Assembly (NCBI GenBank): GCA_024233875.1
Contig: JACKPB010000009.1
Location: forward strand, 85,191-149,190
Reading direction: 5' to 3'
DNA length: 64,000 bases
Origin: Leptospiraceae bacterium
GTDB taxonomy: Bacteria; Spirochaetota; Leptospiria; Leptospirales; Leptospiraceae
The position numbers and the translations under genes were made by a program. The notes under the pieces are model-generated. The model searched no databases and was not told the origin of the DNA. It saw only the letters and a program-made list of their open reading frames with translations. Each line of letters opens with the position of its first letter. Position 1 is the first letter of the stretch. Positions 9,038 to 18,690 of the stretch are shown one piece after another.

Positions 9038-9628
9038 TTAATCTAGTGATACAAGATAATCTTCAATAAACTGGCTAGTCGCACTCAATTGCTCCTTCGG
9101 AGCTCTTGCCCGCACACTGGTTGCCAATCCGATGAGAGTTGTTGTTAAAAATGCCGCTGTAGATTGATGATTGAACTGCTTTTTTGTATTTGTAGATTTC
9201 TTATAGTTCAATAAAGCATGCTCAAAGCCTGAACGAATTCTTTGAAAGTACTGATCAATGACCGGGCCCAAGCAGGCATCAAGAGAGACTCTCTCCGCAG
9301 AGGTGTTACACATCAGGCATCCGAGACCATATAACTCGCGGGACCCGTACTCGGAAATACTATAGAAAACTAATGAAATATCTACCAAACCCGCGTTCTT
9401 CTTTTCAATTGGGGCAAGAATAAGACTCAAAAAAGTTTCATTATAGTGTTCAAGTGTAGCTTCGAATAACTGTAACTTTGAACCAAATTCAGCGTACATG
9501 GTTTTTTTGTTTATTCCCAGTTCTTCAGTCAGTTGAGCTGTACCGGTGGCATGGTAGCCATTTTCACGAAATACAACTATCGCTTTCTCCAGTAATTGAT
9601 TTCGATCGTATTTTTTTTCTCTACTCAT
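9038..9628 (-). CDS. TetR/AcrR family transcriptional regulator
   Basis: N-terminal helix-turn-helix LLEKAIVVFRENGYHATGTAQLTEELGINKKTMYAEF, typical of TetR_N. 196 aa. Confidence 0.85.
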   Translation of the reverse strand: MSREKKYDRNQLLEKAIVVFRENGYHATGTAQLTEELGINKKTMYAEFGSKLQLFEATLEHYNETFLSLILAPIEKKNAGLVDISLVFYSISEYGSRELYGLGCLMCNTSAERVSLDACLGPVIDQYFQRIRSGFEHALLNYKKSTNTKKQFNHQSTAAFLTTTLIGLATSVRARAPKEQLSATSQFIEDYLVSLD

Positions 9629-9648
9629 AATTATCTGTTTGACATAAA

Positions 9649-9692
9649 GTAACCGTTCGGTTACATATTTATTTAAGTAACCAATCGGTTAC
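9649..9692. promoter_or_regulatory. Pair of palindromic operator-like sites (GTAACC-N4-GGTTAC, twice) in the divergent TetR/lipoprotein promoter region
   Basis: gtaaccgttcggttac at 9649..9664 and gtaaccaatcggttac at 9677..9692. A TTGACA -35-like hexamer at 9639..9644 overlaps the first site. Confidence 0.5.
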
Positions 9693-9708
9693 TTAAAAGG
9701 ATTTTACA

Positions 9709-10560
9709 ATGACTAAAAAGATATTTATTATTACAATCATTACAATTGCAATGATTTTGGGAAACTGTGATGAAAAAAAGATGGGCAATAAAGAAATTGT
9801 GGGCACATTTTTAGGAAGTGTATTGAAAAATGATCCGGCTACAATGCGTAAACTGGCTAATTCAGATTACATTCAGCACAACCCTTACATTCCTACAGGG
9901 CTAGAACCCTTTATCAAAATGTTACCGATTTTACAGGAAAACGGAACAAAGGCAGAGAACATTCGAATGTTTGAAGATGGTACCTTTGTCTTTATGCACA
10001 ATATCTGGAAAAATGCAAAACCTTTCGGTGCTGATGAGATGGTATCCTTTGATATTATTCGTTTAGATGAAAATGGAAAAGTGGCCGAACATTGGGATGC
10101 TATGACCCCGGTTGTTACTAAAACTGCAAGTGGTAGAACCCAAACCGATGGTCCAACAAAGGTTGAAGATAGAGATAAAACAGAAAGCAATAAAGCATTA
10201 GCAAAATCTATTATAGAAGATGTTTTGATGGGAAAAAATCCTAATAAAATTGTGGATTACATCAGTGCCGAACAATACCATCAGCATAATCCCGGGATTA
10301 AAGATGGACTCAATGGTATACAGGAAGCTGTAAAATATCTGATTTCTCAAAATAATATGTTCAAGTATACAAAAATACATAAGATTCTAGGAGAGGGAAA
10401 TTTTGTTCTAACCGTCTCTGAAGGTGAATGGAATGGGAAGCAACAGGCATTTTACGATCTATTCAGGTTTTCTAATGGTAAAGCAGTCGAACATTGGGAT
10501 ATCATTCAGGAAATTCCCACCAAAGGTTTGAAAAATGATAATGGCATGTTCGGGTTTTAA
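9709..10560 (+). CDS. Lipoprotein with two tandem SnoaL/NTF2-like domains
   Basis: Lipobox ILGNC. Two internal repeats, ...DYIQHNPYIPTGLEPF... and ...EQYHQHNPGIKDGLNGI...EHWD. Divergent from the TetR gene. Confidence 0.55.
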   Translation: MTKKIFIITIITIAMILGNCDEKKMGNKEIVGTFLGSVLKNDPATMRKLANSDYIQHNPYIPTGLEPFIKMLPILQENGTKAENIRMFEDGTFVFMHNIWKNAKPFGADEMVSFDIIRLDENGKVAEHWDAMTPVVTKTASGRTQTDGPTKVEDRDKTESNKALAKSIIEDVLMGKNPNKIVDYISAEQYHQHNPGIKDGLNGIQEAVKYLISQNNMFKYTKIHKILGEGNFVLTVSEGEWNGKQQAFYDLFRFSNGKAVEHWDIIQEIPTKGLKNDNGMFGF

Positions 10561-10577
10561 GAATAGGAGCCTATGAT

Positions 10578-11111
10578 ATGGAAACCAACATTCAAATTTC
10601 AAATTTAGGTCTTATCCTATCAATCATCCCCGTTACTCTTCATGGAATCGAAATGCTATTTCCAATGCAAGCACGCTGGATCGTGAATTGGGTACTACCT
10701 TTTTTTGTAGGGAAACTCCCGAATCCTTCCGCTTCTTTAACTTATGAAGAACAGGTCAATATGTTGGATTCAGCTCTGGATTCCGTCCCGGATCATAAAA
10801 AGGAAAATGGAAACAACTATATCTTTCTTCTGGGGTTTGAGCAGCGACAGGGTGCAATCGGTTTCATTGCGGTGGCTTCGGGTGCTTTATATGGTTTAAC
10901 CCTCTCTATTGCCCAACGAAATCCTCTCCATCTGGTATTTACGGTTGTGGCTGTATTGATGATGATTGCCAATGCGAATCATGCAGGTATTCCCTTTTTA
11001 GGAAACCACCCTAAGGTGTCTACGGCCGGAAAAAATGTCGGAATTCTGTTTACACCTTTCTGGGCAGTTGTCGCGGCACTGAATTATTTAGGGTTTACAT
11101 ACTCAGGCTAA
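10578..11111 (+). CDS. Hypothetical integral membrane protein
   Basis: Several hydrophobic helices. Immediately downstream of, and same strand as, the SnoaL-like lipoprotein. The start may be the internal Met (MLFPMQ...). Confidence 0.4.
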   Translation: METNIQISNLGLILSIIPVTLHGIEMLFPMQARWIVNWVLPFFVGKLPNPSASLTYEEQVNMLDSALDSVPDHKKENGNNYIFLLGFEQRQGAIGFIAVASGALYGLTLSIAQRNPLHLVFTVVAVLMMIANANHAGIPFLGNHPKVSTAGKNVGILFTPFWAVVAALNYLGFTYSG

Positions 11112-11181
11112 GGTTCAATGAAAGGATAGAAATTTAGACTCATTATCTAAGCAGAAAATCAGTCACTTTCCGCCAAAGGGT

Positions 11182-11799
11182 TCAACGCTTTAAGAGTTTG
11201 AAACCGATCTCTCTACCTTGCTTTTGAAACATGGCTAGATTGATCCAAAAGAAGGCAAATTGCTCCATGAGTTCAAAACGATCATTGCCACCCACATCAT
11301 AGCATTCAGCAAACCCGGCATCGAAGGCTAATTTTTTGGCAATTTCTTTTCCTTTGGTGGAATCACCACAAACAAAGGCATCCAGAACAATTTCTCCATA
11401 CATGGGATTGGCGAGATTGTTCGCACCTGTTGTATTGAAGCACTTTACCACTTCTTTGGTTTGGGTGTGAGCTAGAATAGCAGGAGTTGTGCTTGCATAT
11501 CCTTCTGCCCCCCGACCCATCACTGTGTTCATGGCATCAATGATGATTTTGCCAGTGGTATCTCCCAAAGATTGGACCACCTCGATTGTAGTCGGTGCTG
11601 GAGTAGAGATGAGAATCACTTCAGCCATTCGTGTTGCCTCTTGTACAGAATGAGCTGTTGTATTGGGATTTTTTAAGAGTTCTTTCCCTTTGAACTCTTG
11701 AACATTACGCACACCCAGTAAGATCGTGTGTCCACTTTTTGCCCACGAGGTAGCCAAAGCACCTCCAACATTTCCTGTTCCTATGATCGCTATTTTCAT
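11182..11799 (-). CDS. NADP-dependent oxidoreductase of the F420-dependent NADP reductase / P5C-reductase-like Rossmann family
   Basis: N-terminal dinucleotide fold MKIAIIGTGNVGGALATSW. About 205 aa. Confidence 0.6.
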   Translation of the reverse strand: MKIAIIGTGNVGGALATSWAKSGHTILLGVRNVQEFKGKELLKNPNTTAHSVQEATRMAEVILISTPAPTTIEVVQSLGDTTGKIIIDAMNTVMGRGAEGYASTTPAILAHTQTKEVVKCFNTTGANNLANPMYGEIVLDAFVCGDSTKGKEIAKKLAFDAGFAECYDVGGNDRFELMEQFAFFWINLAMFQKQGREIGFKLLKR

Positions 11800-11879
11800 A
11801 CTAAGGCTCCTTTATTTTGAAATACAATTCAGTGTATTTCTTTGAGATGAATTCTATTAAATTAAGAAATTATCCCCAA

Positions 11880-12671
11880 TTACCAGAAAGTTTTGCGTTC
11901 CGGGAGAGGATGTCCACAGCTTTTGCAATTGCTTGGGTCCGTGTTGACATCATTGGCATCTCCACAATTTTCACAGCGAGTCCAGATTCGATTCATTCGA
12001 ATGGGATTCCAAACACTCGTCCAAACAGCGGGAGAGATTTTCATAGAAAAGAAATCTTTCTGTGCCGTAGCATGAGTTTGGGACAGACCAGCTTTTAGTG
12101 CTTCCTCGGATTCCCATGCCGTAACAGTGAATCCACGAAGTCCTGCAAATCCAGTTACGATACCGATAAATCCCTCAGTGGCTTGAAATTCCTGGACAAT
12201 TTGTCTAGAATAGGAACGAATCAGATCTTTTTCGCTATTGTCTTTCCCATAGATCCAAGTGAGTGCAATCACTTTTGGTGGATTGGGATTTCCAGAGGAG
12301 GCATGTAGAGAATAACCGAACTCGGATTTCCCAATTTGATAGGGTTGGAGGATCTTTTGGATGGAAAATTTGGGAATTTCAGATAAATCAGGAAGGCTCC
12401 ATACCTCTTTCTCATTGGGTAGAAATACCACAGATCCTTCAAAAGAAACATTTTCTCCAGTAGGTGGGCAGCCTTTGTAAATTTCACCAGTGTATTTTCC
12501 AGTGAACTTCCATTCGACTGAGAACACTTCAGCAGAAAATTCGGACTCCTTCAGAAGGGAAAACTTCCCTTCTGAAAAAGCGGAATAAAAATACTCAGGA
12601 AGCTGGGAAAAGGTTTTCTTTTCCCAGTTTTGAAATCTTTCTCGAATTCCTTCTCTTGATTTCATTTCCAT
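11880..12671 (-). CDS. Hypothetical protein with an ABM/Dabb-like domain and a C-terminal zinc ribbon
   Basis: C-terminal CENCG...CKSCGHPLP, a CxxC-x~12-CxxC pattern. The central region resembles an antibiotic-biosynthesis-monooxygenase fold. Weak assignment. Confidence 0.4.
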   Translation of the reverse strand: MEMKSREGIRERFQNWEKKTFSQLPEYFYSAFSEGKFSLLKESEFSAEVFSVEWKFTGKYTGEIYKGCPPTGENVSFEGSVVFLPNEKEVWSLPDLSEIPKFSIQKILQPYQIGKSEFGYSLHASSGNPNPPKVIALTWIYGKDNSEKDLIRSYSRQIVQEFQATEGFIGIVTGFAGLRGFTVTAWESEEALKAGLSQTHATAQKDFFSMKISPAVWTSVWNPIRMNRIWTRCENCGDANDVNTDPSNCKSCGHPLPERKTFW

Positions 12672-12679
12672 CTCCGTGC

Positions 12680-13429
12680 TTAGATTCTTCCCAGTGTATC
12701 TATCACGAGTTTGGCGGCAGATGCACCAGAAAACTGTTGTTGTCCAGTGATCAGATTTCCATCCCGAATCGCAAAAGGTTTGAACATACCTGCATTGATG
12801 TAGTTCGTGTTGGGAATTTTCTTTGCTTCGGTCTCAATCCAGAAGGGTTGAATTCTTTGTCCGACAAACCCATCCGCATAGGCTTCCTCGGCATCAGTAA
12901 AGCCAGTCCAAGTTTTACCTTCGACCAAAAGCTTGCCATCCGATGTCTTTGCTTTGAGAAGGATGCAAGTGGCATGACAAATTGCTGATGCTACTTTTCC
13001 TTTTTCATAGAATTTCACAAAGAGATCGTGCAACTTTTTGTTCTCAATAAAAGTATACATCGGGCTTTGTCCACCAGTGAGAAAGATCGCATCGAAATCA
13101 TCGACTTGGATCTTGTCGATGGATTTTGTATTTTTGATCAGTTCACTGTGTTTTGGTGATTTTTTAAATCCCAAGGAAACATAGTCAGCCGCTGAATACC
13201 CAGAAGGATCTTCGGGATCACTGTAACCATCGGGAATCAAATCTCCACCATCGGGCGAAAAGATTTCCACCCCATATCCTGCCTCGGTAAATTCCCAATA
13301 AGGATGGGTTAGTTCAGACCACCAAAAACCAATCGACCAACCTGTTTGTTTAGAAGTGGATGCATTCGCTACCACCATTGCGATTTTTTTCTTGGGAGAA
13401 GAATTATCGTGACTCATATTTTTATCCAT
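12680..13429 (-). CDS. DJ-1/PfpI family protein (class I glutamine amidotransferase-like; Hsp31/amidase-like)
   Basis: Conserved nucleophile-elbow Cys in AICHATCILL. About 249 aa. Divergent from the HxlR regulator, a classic pairing. Confidence 0.75.
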   Translation of the reverse strand: MDKNMSHDNSSPKKKIAMVVANASTSKQTGWSIGFWWSELTHPYWEFTEAGYGVEIFSPDGGDLIPDGYSDPEDPSGYSAADYVSLGFKKSPKHSELIKNTKSIDKIQVDDFDAIFLTGGQSPMYTFIENKKLHDLFVKFYEKGKVASAICHATCILLKAKTSDGKLLVEGKTWTGFTDAEEAYADGFVGQRIQPFWIETEAKKIPNTNYINAGMFKPFAIRDGNLITGQQQFSGASAAKLVIDTLGRI

Positions 13430-13655
13430 TGTTCCTTTGATTCTTATTCTATGTTTCTTAGATAAAAATGTTTGAAGAATTTACTAGATATATTTTTCCT
13501 ATATATATGCCTTTTGGTTATACAATAAATAGAATAAAGTAACACACCAGAAAGTAATATAATAACAAAAATATAATTTGTTTTTCAGTCTGTTTTCAAA
13601 AAAATAAAAAGAATCAAGTAAGCTTGCAGAACGAAAGTAGCACGGAGGAACCCAA

Positions 13656-14057
13656 ATGCCTGATTTTACCTACAAAGGAAAACTCTATTTCAATCCAGTC
13701 GAGTTCGCACTGGATTGGATAGGTGGTTCTTGGAAGATGCCCATTCTTTGGCGACTCCGTGAGAAGACATTGCGTTACTCGGAAATCAAAAAAACTCTTC
13801 CCCATATCTCTGATAAAATGCTTTCCGCTTCCCTCAGGGATCTCGAAGCGAATGGTTTGGTTCACAGGGAAGTTTTTGCAGTCGTTCCTCCAAAAACCGA
13901 ATACAAACTGACTGATTTGGGATTGAAAACAATTCCTGTGATTCAGGTTTTGAGAGAATTTGGGTTAGAACTTATGAAGCATGAAGGCATCGAGACAAAG
14001 GCTGAAATTCAAAAACTCTTTCCCAAAAAATTGAAAAAACGTAAGACAACCAAATAA
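13656..14057 (+). CDS. HxlR family transcriptional regulator
   Basis: FNPVEFALDWIGGSWKMPILWRLREKTLRYSEIKK...LSASLRDLEANGLV is a canonical HxlR winged helix-turn-helix. Confidence 0.85.
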   Translation: MPDFTYKGKLYFNPVEFALDWIGGSWKMPILWRLREKTLRYSEIKKTLPHISDKMLSASLRDLEANGLVHREVFAVVPPKTEYKLTDLGLKTIPVIQVLREFGLELMKHEGIETKAEIQKLFPKKLKKRKTTK

Positions 14058-14148
14058 AAGAAATCCGGGAATCTACCTCAAAAGACTGTCTGCTCAACAA
14101 TGCAATAGAACTTTCTAAAATCATTAGTGGGATATGGAAATCTGTATA

Positions 14149-14709
14149 TCAAGTTTTTTCGTATACTTCTTCTAATTTGAGAACGCAGGAGATGGAGGAG
14201 AGTTCTATTTCTTGTTTTTCATCAGTGGTCTCTTCAAGTTCCCACTTGGATGAAGAGTTCAGATGGTATTTTTCAATTTTTTGCGAATTTTGACTTATGA
14301 GAACATACTCTTGAAGGGATGGAATCTGTCTATAATGGGCAAATTTGGCACCGCGGTCTATGCTTTCTGTCGAATCTGATAGAATTTCAATGATGACTAT
14401 TGGATTCAATAGAGTGTCTGGAGAGTCTCCTGAAAATACCTTTTCAGGACAGGCAACTAACAGGTCAGGATAAGCAAACAAACCTGTGCTTTTCACCTTG
14501 ATTCGCATATCACCTGCATACACTTTGCAGGGTTTATTTCGAAGTTGGAGACCGATAGAAATAGAAAGATTCATTGAAATCGTATTGTGTTTCTCTGAAG
14601 CACCGGCCATGGCATAGATTTGTCCATTAAAAAACTCATTTTTGTCCTGAGACGCTAGGTCGTATTCTAAGTATTCTTGTTCTGTAAAAATCTTAATTGG
14701 CTCTTCCAT
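14149..14709 (-). CDS. Uma2 family endonuclease (DUF820, restriction-endonuclease-like fold)
   Basis: N-terminus ...FTEQEYLEYDLASQDKNEFFNGQIYAMAGASEKHNTISMNL... together with AYPDLLV and the catalytic D/E-K region, as in PF05685. Confidence 0.75.
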   Translation of the reverse strand: MEEPIKIFTEQEYLEYDLASQDKNEFFNGQIYAMAGASEKHNTISMNLSISIGLQLRNKPCKVYAGDMRIKVKSTGLFAYPDLLVACPEKVFSGDSPDTLLNPIVIIEILSDSTESIDRGAKFAHYRQIPSLQEYVLISQNSQKIEKYHLNSSSKWELEETTDEKQEIELSSISCVLKLEEVYEKT

Positions 14710-14869
14710 ATGAGAAGAATTGAATTTCTATTGAAAAAAGACAAGTAGTTTCTATCGTTCTTTGGATAGAAGTCAAATTGAAAATTTCTTATCCTCTGTT
14801 TGGGTGATATCTTTATGAAAGAAATATAGATTGGAGAAATTTTTAATCGATCACTAACTTTTCCGATCA

Positions 14870-15165
14870 AATGTTGCTGTCCTGTGATCAGATTTCCATC
14901 TTGAATGACAAAAGGTTTGAACATTCCTGCATTGATGTAATTAGTGTTGGGAATTTTCTTAGCTTCTGTCTCAATCCCAAAAGGTTGAATTCTTTGTCCA
15001 ACAAACCCATCAGTATAAGCTTCTTCGGCATCAGCAAAACCAGTCAAGGTTTTACCTTCGACCAAAAGTTTGCCATCCGAAGTCTTTGCGTTGAGAAGGA
15101 TGCATGTCGCATGGCTGATGCTACTTTTCCTTTTTTATAGAATTTCACAAAGAGATATGTTCCTA
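14870..15165 (-). pseudogene. Truncated duplicate of the C-terminal ~40% of the DJ-1/PfpI gene at 12680..13429
   Basis: DNA is about 85-90% identical to 12700..13010. Translation VEGKTLTGFADAEEAYTDGFVGQRIQPFGIETEAKKIPNTNYINAGMFKPFVIQDGNLITGQQ matches the parent. The frame is broken upstream and no N-terminal half is present. Confidence 0.7.
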
Positions 15166-15384
15166 GTCCATTATTTACCACTTCTGTTGCACAAAGTGTA
15201 GCAGCCATACTTTTTGTATTACTTCCTATATGCCTTCCTTCATTAATGGAATCAACATTAAACTCCGCCATATCGATTCTTCGAGAGCCGGAAAACCCAA
15301 TATAGATAAATCCATTTACAGATACAACTACTATGACAACTCCTGGAATTACATTTTTAGTTGTTTGATTATGCAATCTAAGTA

Positions 15385-15450
15385 AATTAGTCTCACTTAA
15401 AGTTACTGTCTATTCAAAAATCCTTATTGCTTGTAAATAAGTCACTTCCT
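15385..15450. repeat. Family C short repeat, copy C2
   Basis: tagtctcacttaaagttactgtctattcaaaaatccttattgcttgtaaataagtca matches 8848..8915. Confidence 0.6.
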
Positions 15451-15594
15451 ATTAGGTGATAAATGTCCTATTGTTCCATGGGCAACAAATTGTTATGACT
15501 AAAAAAATATTTATATTATTATTTCTAATTATTAGAGGTTGCTATATTTAACTTAAAATATGTTTAGTTATATCTTGATTTATGAGTTTGAGAA

Positions 15595-16668
15595 ATGATG
15601 GTAAATATGATAACTCTAGCTTATGAACCAATGGTATGGGTATGGCCAGTTTTCCATAATTCGACTCTATGGATCTTATTGATATTGATCCTCATCCCTG
15701 TTTTGTTTGTGTATATTGCGTTGAGGATTCAAAAGAGGTATGCTAATATAACTTTAAATTGGAATAAAATATTAAAATATGGATATAAGAGAAAATTAAA
15801 CAATACAGAGGTTTTATTACTAAAAAAGTTTTTTGATTCACTAGGAATCAGTTTACAGGAAAACCTCAGTATATTATTAGATAAGCATAAATTTTCATCA
15901 TTATTTTATTCATTTTTAATAACAGAAACGATGGCAAATAAGGAAGTGTTTGTTAGGTTGCTCAGTAAATTATTTCCTGAAAATGAGCATCATTTAGAAA
16001 TAAAAAGCCTGAATGATATACGTTTAGGTGAAGTATGTAGTATAGAATATGATACTAAAGTTAGACATCTAGGAAATGTATTAAAAAAAACTAGTGATGA
16101 GTTGTTGATATCAATTGAAGGGGAAATTGTATCTACAATCGATCAACCTATCCATATTTATTTTTTTAGAGTTGGGCTTTGTGGATATGTACTATCTGGA
16201 ATGGTGAAGAGATACAAAACGGATGGTTTTTTGTTTTCCTGGGATGGTCAAATTACTGAAAAGGGTGATCAGCACATTATGTCAGAGATTGTTACAAGTA
16301 TTACACTACTCCCTTGGGATATAGATCTAGTTGAAGTTGATTTGACATCGAAGAAAAGAGTAGAATATACGAAGGACTCTATTCTCTTCAAACCCATTGA
16401 AGCAATAACTATTAGTTTTTCGGAACAGGCAATACTCTTTAATTTTAAATCTGAAACGGATTCACAATATTTAAAAAAATATGACATTTGGGATTTAGAA
16501 TTGAAAATAGGTAATTCTAAATCTTTTCACTTAAAAGGTAAAATATATGCTTCAAAGAGTAAAAATGATAACTATATTTACAAATGGTTAAAACCATTAG
16601 AATCGGAAATGGTTCAAATCTTGGATGAAATTAAAAAAAATAAACCGATAAACGCAGTAATTCTATGA
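15595..16668 (+). CDS. Hypothetical membrane-anchored protein, possibly PilZ/YcgR-like
   Basis: N-terminal transmembrane helix followed by a soluble ~300-aa region. No strong motif. A very AT-rich upstream region follows a repeat. Confidence 0.45.
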   Translation: MMVNMITLAYEPMVWVWPVFHNSTLWILLILILIPVLFVYIALRIQKRYANITLNWNKILKYGYKRKLNNTEVLLLKKFFDSLGISLQENLSILLDKHKFSSLFYSFLITETMANKEVFVRLLSKLFPENEHHLEIKSLNDIRLGEVCSIEYDTKVRHLGNVLKKTSDELLISIEGEIVSTIDQPIHIYFFRVGLCGYVLSGMVKRYKTDGFLFSWDGQITEKGDQHIMSEIVTSITLLPWDIDLVEVDLTSKKRVEYTKDSILFKPIEAITISFSEQAILFNFKSETDSQYLKKYDIWDLELKIGNSKSFHLKGKIYASKSKNDNYIYKWLKPLESEMVQILDEIKKNKPINAVIL

Positions 16669-17224
16669 TTCTTCGATCTTCAATCCGATTCACAGGAGAT
16701 TTGAGTGCTTGGCACAATAGATTTAGTTTCAACCTTTTCTTCTTCTTTTTCCTTCTTAGTTTTCTTTTTGAAAGGATTCTATACTTTTTAGATTATATCT
16801 GGGCTGGGACATTCTTTTTCCTTATTTTGATTTTTTGGTTTGTTTCATATCTATTTGGATTTCGCTATATAGGAAAGTAGTCGTTACTTAATATAGACGA
16901 GAAAGAAGTTCTGGCTATTGTTGAAGAATTGTAGTCATCCCTTCAAGATATTAAAACATCCAGTCTAAAGAAACCTCACTCCCGCAACCACCTACGGCCA
17001 GTATTCTTCTTCCTTTCGGATTATTCGGAAGTTTCTGTGGATGTATAGCTTTCTGTGATATTTCTTCAATTTCTTTGATTTTTTTTGTATAGCTTTGATT
17101 ATTCATTATATATGACAAAGAAGGACAGAACAGAACCCATATCATTCAAAAAAATTCTGGATTTTTATTTCCTCCGAAAAAGAATACAGATAAAACAAAA
17201 TCCAAAATTTCCGGATGGAACCCT

Positions 17225-18241
17225 ATGAAAGAAAACTCCAAATTTAAAGAATTTGATTCTATGCTAGCCAAGTGGACATCCACAACTCTGGGCAGAAAAC
17301 AATTCCTTGCATCCATTCCTCTTCTTTTGGCTGCATGCAATTCATCTTCAAATAACCGCATGAGAGAAGGTGACAATACTGGCCAAAAAACAGATATGAC
17401 TCCACAGGACGAAGCACGCTTGACTCAAGAAGTCCTACCTCAGATGCAAAAAGATTATCCTAAGATTGAAAATCCAGAACTACAAAATTATATCCAAAAC
17501 CTCGGTCAAAAGATAGTGAAAGCCAATAATCTGGAGAATAATCCTTATAAATACAGCTTCACAGTGGTGGGAGTAAATTATGTAAACGCATTCGCACTTC
17601 CCGCGGGAACTGTTTTTGTCACTGCTCCCTTACTTGCAATGGCGGGATCCGAGGCAGAATTGGCCGGAGTTGTAGGTCATGAGATCGGTCACATTCAGGC
17701 AAGGCACACCGCCGAAAGGATGCAGGCCGCTAAAGATTCAGAATCAAGCATGTGGATCTTCGGTGGAGTGGGCGCATTGATCGGAGGAGGTACAGGATAC
17801 TTAGCAGCCAGCAAACTCTGTCCACCTAAAGATGATTCCTGCATTGCTGCATACACTGTAGCGGGTGCCGCTGTTGGTGCTGCGGGGGGGCTTCTTATCC
17901 AAAAATATCAATTCATGGCAAACTCAAGAGAAGATGAAATGGAAGCTGATCGAATCGGATTCAAGACAGCTCTCAATGCAGGCTATTCCAAAGCCCAAAT
18001 CGGCAAATTTTATGAAAAATTGCTTGTAATGGAAAAAGAAGCTAAAGCCGGAACCAATCCTCTCATCGCTAGTCTTTCAGATGCAATGAGCACTCACCCC
18101 CCCAGCCAGGAAAGGGTAGATCAAATGAATCAAATGGTTGCTGAAGCCAGTCAAAAAGGCTCAGGAATCACCAGTTCTGCAGATTTTGAAAAAGCTCAGT
18201 CCCTGAGTACTGCCTGGATCAACTCCCAGAGCAAGGCATAG
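17225..18241 (+). CDS. M48 family zinc metalloprotease lipoprotein
   Basis: HEIGH zinc motif (VVGHEIGHIQARH). Lipobox LLLAAC. Gly-rich helix after the active site. Contains a G7 tract at 17884..17890 and a C7 tract at 18097..18103. Confidence 0.8.
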   Translation: MKENSKFKEFDSMLAKWTSTTLGRKQFLASIPLLLAACNSSSNNRMREGDNTGQKTDMTPQDEARLTQEVLPQMQKDYPKIENPELQNYIQNLGQKIVKANNLENNPYKYSFTVVGVNYVNAFALPAGTVFVTAPLLAMAGSEAELAGVVGHEIGHIQARHTAERMQAAKDSESSMWIFGGVGALIGGGTGYLAASKLCPPKDDSCIAAYTVAGAAVGAAGGLLIQKYQFMANSREDEMEADRIGFKTALNAGYSKAQIGKFYEKLLVMEKEAKAGTNPLIASLSDAMSTHPPSQERVDQMNQMVAEASQKGSGITSSADFEKAQSLSTAWINSQSKA

Positions 18242-18300
18242 CACTTGATAGTACAATCCTTTTCATTGACAGAAAAAAGCCCAATTAAGTCAATGGACAC

Positions 18301-18654
18301 ATGAGTACTGAACTAAGAAAAGCAACTCGGATTTATCCAAAGCATTTGGCTGATTACACCGTACACTTTGAAGTGAATGACAATTCATACAAGGGAACTT
18401 TGGGTAATATTTCCGCCGGTGGTCTCTGTGCGATAATGGATGCAGACTTTCCAATCACTGTGAATTCAGCCTGCAAAGGATTCCTTCTGGATGAGCCATT
18501 CCAGCAAAAAATGCCATTTTATGGTAAAATTGTATGGTTATCCAATTTTATTTATAAAAACCAACAAAAGACTATGCTGGGATTTGAGTTCACTGAGGAG
18601 GTAGTGTTTCCTGATAGATTGGAAGCTATCAGCTTAACGTTGGATGAAGGTTGA
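18301..18654 (+). CDS. PilZ domain protein (c-di-GMP receptor)
   Basis: RKATR, followed by DNSYKGTLGNISAGG, matches the RxxxR and D/NxSxxG PilZ motifs. Confidence 0.8.
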   Translation: MSTELRKATRIYPKHLADYTVHFEVNDNSYKGTLGNISAGGLCAIMDADFPITVNSACKGFLLDEPFQQKMPFYGKIVWLSNFIYKNQQKTMLGFEFTEEVVFPDRLEAISLTLDEG

Positions 18655-18690
18655 TTCCACCATTGACTTCAATGGTGGAATCTTTTACTT
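18654..18690 (+). terminator. Rho-independent terminator (perfect hairpin) between convergent genes
   Basis: gattccaccattga-ct-tcaatggtggaatc is a 14-bp perfect inverted repeat, followed by TTTTAC. Confidence 0.6.

Noticed and set aside
12751-12975. Small ORFs on both strands inside the DJ-1/PfpI gene, and 14871..15140 on the plus strand inside its pseudogene copy
   Set aside because: These are shadow frames of the DJ-1 coding sequence. The same peptide appears at both copies only because the DNA is duplicated.
16951-17376. Two short minus-strand ORFs upstream of the M48 protease
   Set aside because: No Shine-Dalgarno sequence and no motif. They overlap the 5' end and promoter region of the M48 gene on the other strand.
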